Shown here one piece after another: positions 48,718 through 62,300 of a stretch of 64,000 nucleotides of DNA. The stretch's first letter is position 1. The number at the start of each line of letters is the position of its first letter. The stretch is from Eledone cirrhosa (Eukaryota), in contig OZ024765.1 of the NCBI GenBank assembly GCA_964016885.1, forward strand, positions 5,642,001 to 5,706,000, read 5' to 3'. Made by a program: the position numbers and the translations under genes. A model generated the notes under the pieces. The model was not told the origin of the DNA, did not search any database, and was given only the letters and a program-made list of their open reading frames with translations.

Positions 48718-50439
48718 ACATCCTTACTCTTATAAATCTGAACTTATTGTCCACCATCACCACGAGAGAACCCTTAGCAGTTCTACAAACTCCAAACATT
48801 GCTGCCACTTTTAAAATATATTTTTATTTGGAATGAAACTATTGTACATATCTATTCCTTGTGTTCTTGAATCCATTTTTAATCTATGCAAGAAATTCAG
48901 CTTTCTTTTTTCTTTTGCCAACACCAACATTCCCAGTTGTAGTGTGAAATTGGAGAACACACTATCTGAGCTAATGCTGTGATTTGTCTTGTCTCAGGAA
49001 TTTTATAGGCCAGCACAGACATTCCCTGTTATAGTGTGTAATTGGGGGTCCCTCTATCACCTGATATAAAGTGGTGTCTTGTTTCATAAATTTTAGGGGT
49101 TATCACCAACATTCCCTGTTGTAGCCTGGATCCTCTATCACTTGAGATAATGCTGTGAGTGTTTTTTCTTGTATAGCAATTTCAGATGGTAACTCCAAAA
49201 TTCTCTTATTACATGTGGAATGAAATTTAGGATATAAATACAATTTATATAATTGATTATTAAAAAAAATAAACATAAAATCAATAAAAGGGAATCAGAA
49301 AAATTCAATTATATAATAATCAATTATATAAATTGTATTTATATCCTAAATTTCATTCCACATGTAATAAGAGTTATATTTGAGTTTAAATAAAATGAGT
49401 TCCCATCTAAATCTCATTAACACCAAATGTAATGATAGTTTTAATACATCACAAACACTTCATTGATGTTTGAAATTCTGTCACAGTTTGTATATTTACA
49501 AACTGAAATATTAGAATATTTGACAATATCTGTGTTATAGGGCCACTGGCTTTAATGGTATAATTGATTCCCTAATGTAAAGAAATGAGAAAACTTAAAA
49601 TAAAACTTAGTCACAGAGGATCTCGAGCTGTTGAAGTATCAGTTGTTTTCAGATAGGTTTGTTGAACTTGTAGTAATGAAGACTTCTGGCATTCTTGGTC
49701 CACGTACCACCTCCCTACTAACTGTTATCAGGGTGGAGTTGGCCACCCACAGGAGTTAACCCCACAAGTTTTAAAAGCTATTTCAACACATCCCTCTATC
49801 CTCTGGGGTAACCTTTTCTCCATTCTGCCACACTGTCCACGTTTGTATAATTGGGGGCAGTGATGGTATAGTTTACTGATTGTTGTTAGTCACAATAAAT
49901 TATAAGAAATGTTTCAAGAAATATGAAGCAACAAATATTTGCTAAAACTAGTTAAATCTCTATTGATTTGTAAATTAGGCACAAGACCAGCAGATTTAGA
50001 AGGACAAAGTTGATTAAATCAACCTCAATACATGACTAGTAATATATTTTAGCAACCCTAGAATGTTGAAGGAAAAATTTAACCTTGGCAGGATTTGAAC
50101 TCAGAATGTTTAGAACAAATACTACAATGGTATTTTATCTGATGCTCTACCAATTCTGCCATTCTACCATCCTTGTTTAAATCTATATTAAAGTAAATGT
50201 AGAATATGTCTGTCTACTATTTGAACAGTCCTGATTTATTAGGACAACGACAGTCGCACATATATATACACAGATACACCCAAATATATATATGTAGAAA
50301 TCAAGCCCAAATTGGTTTTGTATGAGCATGACATGGCCACCTGACCTAGCATTGCTCACAACAGGATAACTCATCTAACCCATGCCAACATGGGGGAAAA
50401 AGGACGTTGATAATGATGCATATATATAGTGATGGGCTG

Positions 50440-50682
50440 TGGCCTTGTGGTTAGAGAATTGGATTGACAATCGTGAGGTTGTGAGTTTGATTCCCAGACC
50501 GGGCAATGCGTTATGTCCTTGAGCAAGACACTTTATTCACGTTGCTCCTTCTACCTGGAGTTGCGACCGGTAGATAGTACTAGCAATTGGAAAGACCAAT
50601 GGAAACATTGTTTCCTCGGTCCGATTTGATGAGCTCCACCCCAACGTTAAGTGAATGAGGTCTGGGATTTTCTCGATCAACT
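50440..50682 (+). mobile_element. SINE-B-related tRNA SINE with a different tail
   Basis: TGGCCTTGTGG A box, GAGTTTGATTCC B box, gtccttgagcaagacactt core. Confidence 0.75.
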
Positions 50683-50684
50683 GT

Positions 50685-50724
<40 letters not shown>

Positions 50725-52678
50725 TATTAGTTGTAGGCAATAGACTGCTGACAATTAGCTCTACCTAGGCTCCCCAAGCGGGTCTAGGTAAAGAAGAGAA
50801 GGACTGCTTTTACGATCAACTTCTAGAGACAACCATAGTGACAGAGGACAGGTGACTTCAATGGTCATGTTGGACAGCTCCAGGATGGACTCACTGGAGT
50901 ACATGGTGGTTATGGTTATGGCTCAAGAAATGAAGAAGGCTTCTTGAATTTTGTGATGCAAGTGAACTAACCTTTTGCAACACTAAGTTCAGGAAACCTG
51001 CCAATCACCTAATCAGGCAAGCACATAAGCCAGATTGACTTCTTGCTAGTTAGGCAACGAGACAAGCAGATGGTTACAAATATTAAGGCATACCTTGGGA
51101 AAGAATGCACACTCCCAACATAGGTTAGTCGTGAGTGACATTTCAAATAGCAAGAGACAGAATGAGACACCCAGGAAGGTCTGGAAGCTAAAGGACCTTT
51201 CACTTAAATATAGGTTTACGAAAACCCTACAAGATATGTATGACGAGAAAGAAGACAAATTAGAATAATGATATAGAAGATAACTGGAAGTTCTTATGTG
51301 ACAACTTACTGCAGGCTGCTAAAGAAACTTGTGGCTGGAGCAAAGCTCCAACTAGACAGAGGGTGACTTGGTGGTGGAACAGCATGGTAGATAGAGCCAT
51401 TAAAGACAAAAGACAAGCATGGAAGGATTGTAAAACTGGGGGGAAGGGAGTAGAGACTGATACTCAGCCGCTAAAAGAGAGGCTAGACGTCAAGTGTACT
51501 TAACACGCAGGGAGGCTGAGAGTAGGAGGTTTGCCAATGTTCTCCGATGAGAGGATCAGAGACGTAAGGTGTTCTGCAATGCAAGGCAGTGTGTCAGTGT
51601 AAATCAATGTTGTTGGAGATAAGTGTGTCTGCAATGATGTTGGTGTACTTAGTGTTACCAATGATCAGAAAAAGGAGGCCTGGAAATGTCATTATGAGAG
51701 ACTGGTGTATGTTGAGAATGAATGGGAGAGAGAGAAACTATCCCCAGTAGACCCAACAGAGGGACCAGCTATTGAGGTAGATGGCTATAGGGTCAGAAAA
51801 GCAATTAATGAAATGAAAAGTGGTAAGAAAGCTGTACCATCAGGGATAGTTGCTGAGATTAATAGGGAGAAGGAACTAAACTGGTTGCACGCATTGTCAA
51901 TCAAGCTATATATGGCAGTCATACCCAAAGACTGGTGCAGCAGTATTCTTATAACATGCTACAAAGGTAACGGAGATGCTCTGGAGAGGAGCAATTATAG
52001 GTGCATAAAACTGAGGGATCAGGTTATTAAAGTGGCAGAAAGAATGCTAGCACAACTAATTAGAGAAAGAGTCAAATTAGATGAGATGCAGTTTGGTTTT
52101 GTGCCTGGGAAAAGTACAACAGATACCCTCTTCTTAGTGAGACAACTACAAGAGAGGTTCTTAGAGAAGAATAAGCCACTATATTTAGCTTTTGTTGACT
52201 TAGAGAAGGCCTTTGATAGAGAGATCTGTCATCAGGTGGTCCCTAAGAAAACTAGGTGTAGAGTAATGGCTTGTGAGTACAGTGCAAGGTTTGTACAGAG
52301 GTGCTGTCAGTAAAGTGAGGGTAGGAATCGAGTTTAGTGAGGTATTCCAGATACAAGTAGTAGTTCACCAGGGTTCGGTCCTCAGCCCGCTCTTGTTCAT
52401 TATAGTCCTCCAAGCCATAACAGAGGAGTTTAAGACTGGCTGTCCATGGGAACTTCTCTATGCTGACAATCTGGTTCTTATAGCAGAATCAGTAGAGGAG
52501 CTAGAGAATAAATTCTGGCTATGGAAACAGCAGTTGGAAACAAGATACTGAAGGTGAACCTAGCAAAGATGTTAAGTAGGAAAGAGGACAAGACTCTGAT
52601 TTCATCAGGGAAATGGCCATGTTCGATATGTAGAAAAGGAGTTGGCATAAACTCTATAGAATGTACACAATGCAGATC
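50725..52678 (+). mobile_element. Degenerate RTE LINE fragment (APE to RT)
   Basis: GDFNGHVG-like segment, WWN, RT motifs; shares a near-identical block with 45125-45870. Confidence 0.88.
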
Positions 52679-53149
52679 TGAGGTATTAAATTTACCTAAC
52701 TTTTCTTCTTAGTCCAGAGAAATTAACTAAATAAATAATTAAAGTATGAAGAAAAAATAGTGGCACTACAACGCTATTAGCTGTCAGTCGAAAGCAGCCG
52801 ATGAAAGCAAAACATCGTTTATTTCCGTATTACTACCACGCTTTCATCGGCTGCTTTCACGACTGACAGCTAATAGCGTTGTAATGCCTATATATATATA
52901 AGTCAAGGGTTCAATCAGAAGTAACCATAGTAAATAAGGCACTCAATACATTGGTACAACGTAAACATCAAATTTAATATAGAAATGACTTCTATAGGAC
53001 TAGAACTGTTTCATTCAAAAGAATGTATATCACTAAATGGCTGCTTGTTTTTAGAAAATAGAGGACTATTTGACTGCTATTTCTGCCAGTTCGAACAACC
53101 AAGTAAGAGACACCCCTCGTTGATTCGTAATCATTATTTTACTGTGTGA

Positions 53150-53338
53150 GGGCGGTGGATTGGCAGTATCGGTAGAGGGTCGGACGCCATGCTTTCCACC
53201 ATAGTTACGTCCTTTTACGATCTGAGTTCAAATCCCGCTGAGGTTGACTTTGCCTTTCATCCTTACGGGGTCGATAAAATAAAGTACCAGTAATGAACTG
53301 GGTAATTGCTGGCCTTGTGCCTAAAGTAGAAACAATTA
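53150..53338 (+). mobile_element. SINE-A full copy
   Basis: Full head to tail; attattttactgtgtga direct repeat on both sides (TSD). Confidence 0.88.
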
Positions 53339-53344
53339 TTTTAC

Positions 53345-53640
53345 TGTGTGATGTTTGTTTCACCATGAGTTGGATACATCTGCTGAAACACGTTCTCCGC
53401 CTCCAACTTAGTCGATTCGGTCACAAACCCCGACTGCTTCCTCTTTGCACGGGTCACCGTCGAGACCTCTGGCGTACTTGGACCCCATACAGTCGAGCTC
53501 CTCTGCAAGATCGGAACATCGGCGTCCCGTGTAAGGAGGGAGCCCCGCGAGGTTCGGTGGCTCTTGCAGCGGGTGTCGCAGGCCATTGTCCGCGAGGCGC
53601 AGCCCTTCAGCCTCCATGCCCGAGGCTCAAAGCCCAATCA
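53345..53640 (+). mobile_element. GC-rich fragment resembling the C-terminal restriction-like endonuclease region of a CRE-clade non-LTR element
   Basis: Frame LFARVTVETSGVLGPHTVELLCKIG..EPREVRWLLQRVSQAIVR. Confidence 0.55.
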
Positions 53641-54521
53641 CCCTCCCTCTTCACCCATCCGCTCTCTTCTGCGACACTAGAGTTCTTGCTAACCACTCCT
53701 CTTCCCGTTTTGGAGTGAATTGATATAACTGAAAGTGTTTCTGAATGTATTAAATTATGTTAAGAACTTTTAACGTATGACACCGGTATCATTCAGAGTG
53801 TGATTTGGATGTTATTTCCACCAGGTCAAGTAACAAGGTAAGAGACTCCCTCGTTGATACTTAATAGCTATCTTACTAGGTGGCGTTGTTTGCTTTACCA
53901 TACAATTGATGGAATGAATTGATAGAACTGAATGTATTAAATTATGTCAGGGACATTTAACATTTGACACCGGTTTCATTCAAGGGAAGGAAACATTGTC
54001 AACGACACCAAGTACCTGCTCTTTCATTTATAACTTTAATTAATCTAATTATATCTTGTGTAGTAATTATTTCATGTTAAGGTGAAAGTTAATATTCTGT
54101 AGATAACATAGGATGAGCTACATGTTTCAAGGTAGGTGTCCCATCACCTACATGATTAAATATTTCATTTCATGAGAAACTACGCTACATCGTGAATTGG
54201 TTGTTCCACATGTTACAGGACAGTGAGAAATAGGTTTAAATCACCAACATCTGAACAATTAGCTTTCCTGGTCTTTCTTAACTTTACATTTGGACTTGAA
54301 ATATAAAGTACGTATTATTTGTATTGTCAACACAACAGATATTGTGTACTTTTCTACACTCCGTTGTGAACAACTACGATTTATTAGGTACATATTTATA
54401 GATACACTCACACTTATTCATTGAGACTAACATATACAAAGATATCTATCGCACTCTTTCGAACATATTTCTTACACTGTAATATCTACTCTGAGCTTTT
54501 AAGAATTCTTCAAGGATTACT

Positions 54522-55493
54522 ATGGAGGACGTTAAACACTTGGACATTTCTTCCAATATAGATACAGTTACAAAGACATACAGTGGTGAGAAACCTTTAC
54601 CTAGTGAAACATGTACAGAACAAGGATCATTACACAGAAATATTCCTGAATATAGCTGTGAGGTTTATAGGAAAACTTTCTCATCAGAAGATGGATTATC
54701 TACACACAAACTAACACATACTAAAAATAAACCCAATCTCTGTCAAATATGTGGGAAATCTTTTACTGCGAAAACTCAACTTGTTAGGCATATACGAAGT
54801 CACACAGGAGTAAAACCCTATCACTGCCAAATATGTGGGAAATCTTTCGGTTCTAGCAGTAATTTAACTGTACATAAAAGAACTCACTCAAGAGTAAAAC
54901 CTTACCATTGTGAAATATGTGGGAAATCTTTTGCCTGTAATAGTGACTTGATTAAACACAAAAGAACACACACTGGAGAGAAACCCTTCCATTGTGAAAT
55001 ATGTGGGAAATCTTTCTCTGAAAAGTTTAGTGTTTTACTTCACAAAAGAACACACACTGGAGAAAAACCCTTCAAATGTGAAATATGTGGGAATGCTTTC
55101 AGTCTGAATTCCAATTTTGTTAGGCATATACGTAGTCACAGTGGAGAAAAACCGTTTCATTGTGAAGTATGTGGGAAATCTTTCGCTGAGAAAGCTAATC
55201 TTGTTAGGCATATACGTATTCACACTGGAGAAAAACCTTTCCACTGTGAAATATGTGGGAAATCTTTTGCTGATAGTGCTGTTCTTCTAGTTCACAGAAG
55301 AATACACACTGGAGAAAAACCTTATCAATGTGAAACATGTGGGAAATATTTTGTAAAAAGCAGTTATTTAACTGCACACAAAAGAACACACACAGGAGAG
55401 AAACCCTATCACTGTGAAATATGTGGGAAATCTTTTGGCCTGAGGCGTGACTTGAATAAACACAAAAGAACACACAGTGGAGAAAAGCCCTAG
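54522..55493 (+). CDS. C2H2 zinc-finger protein, 9 intact fingers plus 1 degenerate; disabled fingers continue to ~55880
   Basis: Same MEDVKHL N-terminus; TAG replaces the linker Tyr at 55491. Confidence 0.82.
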   Translation: MEDVKHLDISSNIDTVTKTYSGEKPLPSETCTEQGSLHRNIPEYSCEVYRKTFSSEDGLSTHKLTHTKNKPNLCQICGKSFTAKTQLVRHIRSHTGVKPYHCQICGKSFGSSSNLTVHKRTHSRVKPYHCEICGKSFACNSDLIKHKRTHTGEKPFHCEICGKSFSEKFSVLLHKRTHTGEKPFKCEICGNAFSLNSNFVRHIRSHSGEKPFHCEVCGKSFAEKANLVRHIRIHTGEKPFHCEICGKSFADSAVLLVHRRIHTGEKPYQCETCGKYFVKSSYLTAHKRTHTGEKPYHCEICGKSFGLRRDLNKHKRTHSGEKP

Positions 55494-55880
<387 letters not shown>

Positions 55881-57866
55881 GGAAGGAAACTTTTAAACTG
55901 TGAAACATGAGACATCCTTCCTCTTACAAATCTAAACTTATTTTCCACCAATATCAAATGTGAATACTTACTTGGCAGTTTGATAGACTCCAAACATTGC
56001 TGGCCATTTTTACAAATATATTTTCTTTTGAAATAAAAATCTTTTTCTGATCTATTCTTGATTTTTTTAAAATTAATTTTAAATCTATGCTAAAAATTTT
56101 AGCATTTATTTTGAACACCAACATTTCCTGTTACAGTGTGTGATTGAGGGACCCTCTATCACCCAGGGTAATATGTCTTTTCTGCTCTGATATATTTTAG
56201 GGGCCACACCATTCTCTCTTGCAGTGTGTAATAGAGGGACCCTCTATCACCTAGGGTAATGTTTTGTCTCAGAAATTTTAGTGGGTAACACTAACATTCC
56301 CTGTTTTATTGTGGGAATGTGTGTGTGTGTGTCTTTTCCTCCTTTTTTTATTGATTTGTTTCTTTTGTAAATATTTTTTCATAATCAATTCTATAAATTA
56401 GGCCTTCATTTTATTTTGATACATATGTCAACTATATTTTACAAACAGAAGTTATACAATGATGGAAATATTAAAAAAAGATATCAACAAAATTAAGTAA
56501 TGAAAAATCAAGGGGGAAAGGGTGAAGAAAGGCAGATCTGGTTGTATAGAAAAGTAGAGGAAGGACTAAATGTGGAGGAAAGGAGGGAAAGAACATGGAC
56601 TGTTAGGAAAGAGGGGTAGGGTAGAGTATGACAGACTCTACAGCCAGGTCAGGGCAGTGTTTCTGCTGCACCACATGGACAAAACCAGCAAAGGCATTTC
56701 TGCAGACAATGGCCATGTAGCAAGAGAGCTACCAACCCAGGTGATTAAGGATGGCCGAATATCCTTAGGAATCATATCTCAAATGATCCAGTCACAGGGA
56801 CCCATTAATCCTAGGGTAAGGTCCCTCAGCCAGTCACTCTGGGTCTTTATGGCTTGAAATGGTGACGAGCTATTACCTCAAGTTGTATCCACCAGGACAG
56901 GCTCATGCCTTCGTAAGCCTGCCTACCCATTGGCAATAGACTTGGAACGTATAGCGACGATTACACTTGATTGAACCTCTGAGAGAAGATTTCTGCTTGA
57001 AGGTGGTTCTCATACCATGTGTGAGGAAAGGAACTCCCCTGTCACCTGGTGGCAGATATTGATATGACACTGTACTGTCCAACACTGCTTGACTTGTATA
57101 TTGAGATCCTGTGTAGCATCTCATTGCTGTCTTGCCTGTTATGTCTGTGTTATTTCTATTCTGTTGCTTGAGGGCAACACATGTGAGATGATGGAGTTTG
57201 GCCAGACTTTCAATGTTGTGGCTGTCACAAACAAATGTAATAAACTTAAACTTCCAGGGAAGACTGAGTTGCGGGGCTGTGGTGTGGATGTGGTAGGGCT
57301 GTGTGGGATGGGAGATGAGTGTGGTGCTGTGCTGTACTGGGGTTGGGGGATGGGGGGTATGCTGATCATCAGTTTGTCATGGAAGAGTGAGTGGAAAGGA
57401 AGTATGGGAGATATACACTCCCTGGATATATATATCATCATCATCAACATCATCTTCATTTAACGTCCATTTTCCACGCTAGCATGGGTTAGAATATATA
57501 TATATATATATAAACAAATTAGAGATATGTTCATATATAGAGAGAATGAGCCATATATCGTAAAAAAAACAATTTATTGTATATATACCAAATACATATT
57601 CTATAGAAGAATATGTACACAAGTGGAATCATATTCTTCTATAGAATATGTATTTGGTATATATACAATATACCATCTTTCTTTTACGATAAATGGCTCT
57701 TTCTCTTTATAAACATATCTCTAATTTGGTTATTATGGCTCTAGATAAAGTCTATTAAGCTTGCTTACTTAGAAACACAAAATTCTGAACATATTTAGTT
57801 GTGGTCTGTGTGTGTGTGTTTGTATATATCACTTTTGTTTTCATTCAACAACATCATTCTTCATAA

Positions 57867-59077
57867 GGGCGGTGGATTGGCAGTATCATAGAGGGTCGGA
57901 CACCATGCTAGGGCGGTGGATTGGCAGTATCATAGAGGGTCGGACACCATGCTAGGGCGGTGGATTGGCAGTATCCTAGGGCGGTGGATTGGCAGTATCA
58001 TAGAGGGTCGGACACCATGCTAGGGCGGTGGATTGGCAGTATCATAGAGGGTCGGACACCATGCTAGGGCGGTGGATTGGCAGTATCATAGAGGGTCGGA
58101 CACCATGCTAGGGCGGTGGATTGGCAGTATCATAGAGGGTCGGACACCATGCTAGGGCGGTGGATTGGCAGTATCATAGAGGGTCGGACACCATGCTAGG
58201 GCGGTGGATTGGCAGTATCATAGAGGGTCGGACACCATGCTAGGGCGGTGGATTGGCAGTATCATAGAGGGTCGGACACCATGCTAGGGCGGTGGATTGG
58301 CAGTATCATAGAGGGTCGGACACCATGCTAGGGCGGTGGATTGGCAGTATCATAGAGGGTCGGACACCATGCTAGGGCGGTGGATTGGCAGTATCATAGA
58401 GGGTCGGACACCATGCTAGGGCGGTGGATTGGCAGTATCATAGAGGGTCGGACACCATGCTAGGGCGGTGGATTGGCAGTATCATAGAGGGTCGGACACC
58501 ATGCTAGGGCGGTGGATTGGCAGTATCATAGAGGGTCGGACACCATGCTAGGGCGGTGGATTGGCAGTATCATAGAGGGTCGGACACCATGCTAGGGCGG
58601 TGGATTGGCAGTATCATAGAGGGTCGGACACCATGCTAGGGCGGTGGATTGGCAGTATCATAGAGGGTCGGACACCATGCTAGGGTGGTGGATTGGCAGT
58701 ATCATAGAGGGTCGGACACCATGCTAGGGTGGTGGATTGGCAGTATCATAGAGGGTCGGACACCATGCTAGGGTGGTGGATTGGCAGTATCATAGAGGGT
58801 CGGACACCATGCTAGGGTGGTGGATTGGCAGTATCATAGAGGATCGGACACCATGCTAAGGCGGTGGATTGGCAGTATCATAGAGGGTCGGACACCATGC
58901 TAAGGCGGTGGATTGGCAGTATCATAGAGGGTCGGACACCATGCTAGGGTGGTGGATTGGCAGTATCATAGAGGGTCGGACACCATGCTAGGGTGGTGGA
59001 TTGGCAGTATCATAGAGGGTCGGAGACCATGCTAGGGTGGTGGATTGGCAGTATCATAGAGGGTCGGACACCATGCT
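57867..59077 (+). repeat. 44-bp minisatellite (~27 copies) of the SINE-A head, ending in a SINE body (to ~59222)
   Basis: Unit agggcggtggattggcagtatcatagagggtcggacaccatgct. Confidence 0.95.
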
Positions 59078-59699
59078 TTCTAGCATAGTTACATCCCTTT
59101 ACGATCTGAGTTCAAATCCCACCGAGGTTATCTTTGCCTTTCATCCTTACGGGGGTTGATAAAATAAAGTACCAGTAATGTACTGAGTAATTGCTGGCCT
59201 TGTACCTAAAGTAAAAACAATTATGTCATTCTTCATTGCTTTTCTCTAATATTAACTTACCTGATTTCTACGAAGTTTAACTTTTCCATTTTATTCGTCA
59301 TATTTCACCAGCAATGTCTTATTAAATAGTTGTGCATGTAATTAAGGTGAATATGTTGGTGTTTATTAGTCTAGTTTCATCCTTTTATTTATTTATTTTG
59401 TACAAGATATTTTAGCTGGTAGAGCAACAAAGTAAAGACTTGGTGTCATTGTGTTGGTTGCTAAAAACTCCCCTAACTAACTGACCTAAGAAATTCAATA
59501 GATTTGGTATTGAAATGGTGAGACTAAATCTGACCAATGGGAAAGAGGTAGATTCTACTGATGCTTGAATTCATCCATTCTAAATCATGTGACCAGTGCT
59601 TTGAGAAACCGCACCATACTTCAGCACGGAGCATATAAAAAAATCGAAATAACAGAGGTAAACTTTATTCAATCATTATGATTTTCTGTTCAAATCTTA

Positions 59700-59758
59700 G
59701 CTGTCTAATGAGGTCATAACTGTTGCATAATGGTTATCACCGAAATATATATAACAGC
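59700..59758 (+). ncRNA. Minimal hammerhead motif with core mutation (CTAATGA)
   Basis: GCTGT-CTAATGA-[GGTCATAACTGTT/gcat/AATGGTTATCACC]-GAAA-TATATA-TA-ACAGC. Confidence 0.6.
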
Positions 59759-61015
59759 GAATATGAATGAACAAAGTTAATTTTAACTTCTTTATATAAT
59801 CTCGGGAATTTTACCCGGCCTAGATATATAATATGTATATATATATGCAGAAAGTTCAGTAAATCTGAAGAAAACTGGTGAAAGAACAATTTGATGTGAT
59901 TTTTGTTGTGTTAACACTGGTCTGAGGATCAGGCAAACTTGGAGTCTGGTCAGGGGTGCCAACCAGATTACTAGCCAGCTGCTTGAGAAACATTTGTAAC
60001 CAGGATAAATCTCCTATGTAACACTTTGTTCTTATATAAATATATATACACACACACACATATATATCCTCATCATTTATCATCTGTTCATATGTATAGA
60101 TGCATCATATGCTTATATAAATATATATACACACACACACATATATATCCTCATCATTTATCATCTCTTCATATGTATAGCTGCATCATATGCTTATATA
60201 AAATATATTAAATGTGAAATGTAATAATAATAAATTCATATAATCAGGCAGTGCTTCAACTTGCTATCTCTTATTTCTCCCTTATCTCATATATGTATAT
60301 ATATACATATATAGAGAAGATTGCGTTGGTATGGAGACACGTGATGCGTATGAAGAATCACAGTTGTATAAAAAGGTGCAGAACGTTCAAAGTTGATGGA
60401 AGCTGGCAGGGTGCTCTTCCTAACACCAACCACATTTACAGTGTGGTTTGAATATCTACTGACTGGAGATCATTCCCAAGAAGACTATGCCGAGTTCATA
60501 AAGCTCCCTTTTTTCTATCTTGGTGGTCCACCATATCACCAGTCCTCCTCCTTGGCTCCAGTAACTTACTCATTGGCTGACGAAGGCAATATATGTAATC
60601 AAGATGAGATCTATTCAAAAAACAACTTAAGCTTACACCATGCTAGTCGAGAGATCCAGTTATAAATTTCATTAATAAAAAAAATGTTTCTCTCTTTAAC
60701 TCCCGAATTATTGTGTATTTAGAATCTCTTCTTTCTGCTTACTTGCATTTCAACAAGTCCTCCAGAGGACAAAGGGAGTTGTTTCTGGTAATAAATTTCA
60801 TCCATAAAAAGTGCTTTCCTATTTAACCCCAATATTCATCCTGCTTATTTCCTTTAGTCATTGGAGTCAGTAAAGTGAAGAAAAAGAACAATACACTAAA
60901 GGCCAGATAAAAAAAATGTGAAAGTATGCAACCTGTAAATATTATTTCATCAATTTAAAAATGGGCTTCATTGACATGAGATGATTGGCAAGTAGTTTAC
61001 AAAATGGAACACCCT

Positions 61016-61349
61016 ATCATCATCATTTTACGTCCGCTTTTCCCTGCTTGCAAGGGTGGGACGGGAACTGATTCTGGCTTGATTTCTACAGCTGGATGCC
61101 CTTCCTAACACCAACCTCATTTACAGTGAGTGCTGGGTGCTTTTTTGCCATGGCACCTCCACGACCACTTTGCAGTGGAATGATAGGGACCCCAGTCCCT
61201 ATCATCTCATTTCTACAGCTGATTAAACTGGAGCAATGTGAAATAAAAGTGTCTCGCTCAAGGAAACAACACATCACCCAGTCTGAGAATTGAACTCACA
61301 ACCTTTCGATTGCAAGGCCAATGCTCTAACCACTAAGCTATGTGCCTCC
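61016..61349 (-). mobile_element. SINE-B copy
   Basis: As 41168. Confidence 0.88.
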
Positions 61350-61660
61350 TAATATATATATATATTCTTTAAATCCATCAGCCAATCACCACCATATAAC
61401 ATTTACAGTCAGCTTTCCTAGGAATGAAACAGTTCTAGTCCTGTAGAAGCCATTTATATATATATATAAGGAAATTGTAGTTTACTTGAAGCATTGCGTA
61501 GTGAGGTATAAACGTTTGAAGGCTAGAACAAGGCAGGTATGGAGATAGAATATAAATACAAAAGATATCGCTGACAATTAATCTTTTACCTTATATATAT
61601 ATATATATCAAATGTGGCAGCCACATCTGGAAAACCTTTGGAGAAAGGATTAATGGGTCA

Positions 61661-62300
61661 GAGACCAAGTCTGACAATTGTCTCCTTTGCTATAGGTTTA
61701 AGAAGCAACTCCACTTCTTACTGCTCACTCATGTGGGTGGCCAACTCCACCCTGATAAGAGTTAGTAGGGAGGTGGTTTAGGGACCAAGTCTGACAATTG
61801 TCTCCTTTGCTATAGGTTTAAGAAGCAACTCCACTTCTTACTGCTCACTCATGTGGGTGGCCAACTCCACCCTGATAAGAGTTAGTAGGGAGGTGGTTTA
61901 GGGACCAAGTCTGACAATTGTCTCCTTTGCTGTAGGTTTAAGAAGCAACTCCACTTCTTACTGCTCACTCATGTGGGTGGCCAACTCCACCCTGATAAGA
62001 GTTAGTAGGGAGGTGGTTTAGGGACCAAGTCTGACAATTGTCTCCTTTGCTATAGGTTTAAGAAGCAACTCCACTTCTTACTGCTCACTCATGTGGGTGG
62101 CCAACTCCACCCTGATAAGAGTTAGTAGGGAGGTGGTTTAGGGACCAAGTCTGACAATTGTCTCCATTGCTATAGTTTTAACAAGAAGACACTCTAGCTT
62201 ATGGGGCTCACTGCAGTGTGTATCCAACTCCACACTGATAACAGCCGGTAGGTTGTATGGGGACCAAGAATGCCAGAAATCTCCACCACTATAGTTTAAC
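61661..62300. repeat. 120-bp tandem repeat (4 near-identical plus 1 diverged copy)
   Basis: Lines 61681, 61801, 61921 and 62041 near-identical. Confidence 0.93.

Noticed and set aside
55491-55493. A-to-I recoding of the ZNF2 UAG stop to restore a longer protein
   Set aside because: The next finger has a deletion and a frameshift, so read-through would not restore the downstream fingers
56560-57400. Possible degenerate L1/Tx1-like retroelement on the minus strand
   Set aside because: Only weak motif hints (WxxRN); cannot be supported without a search
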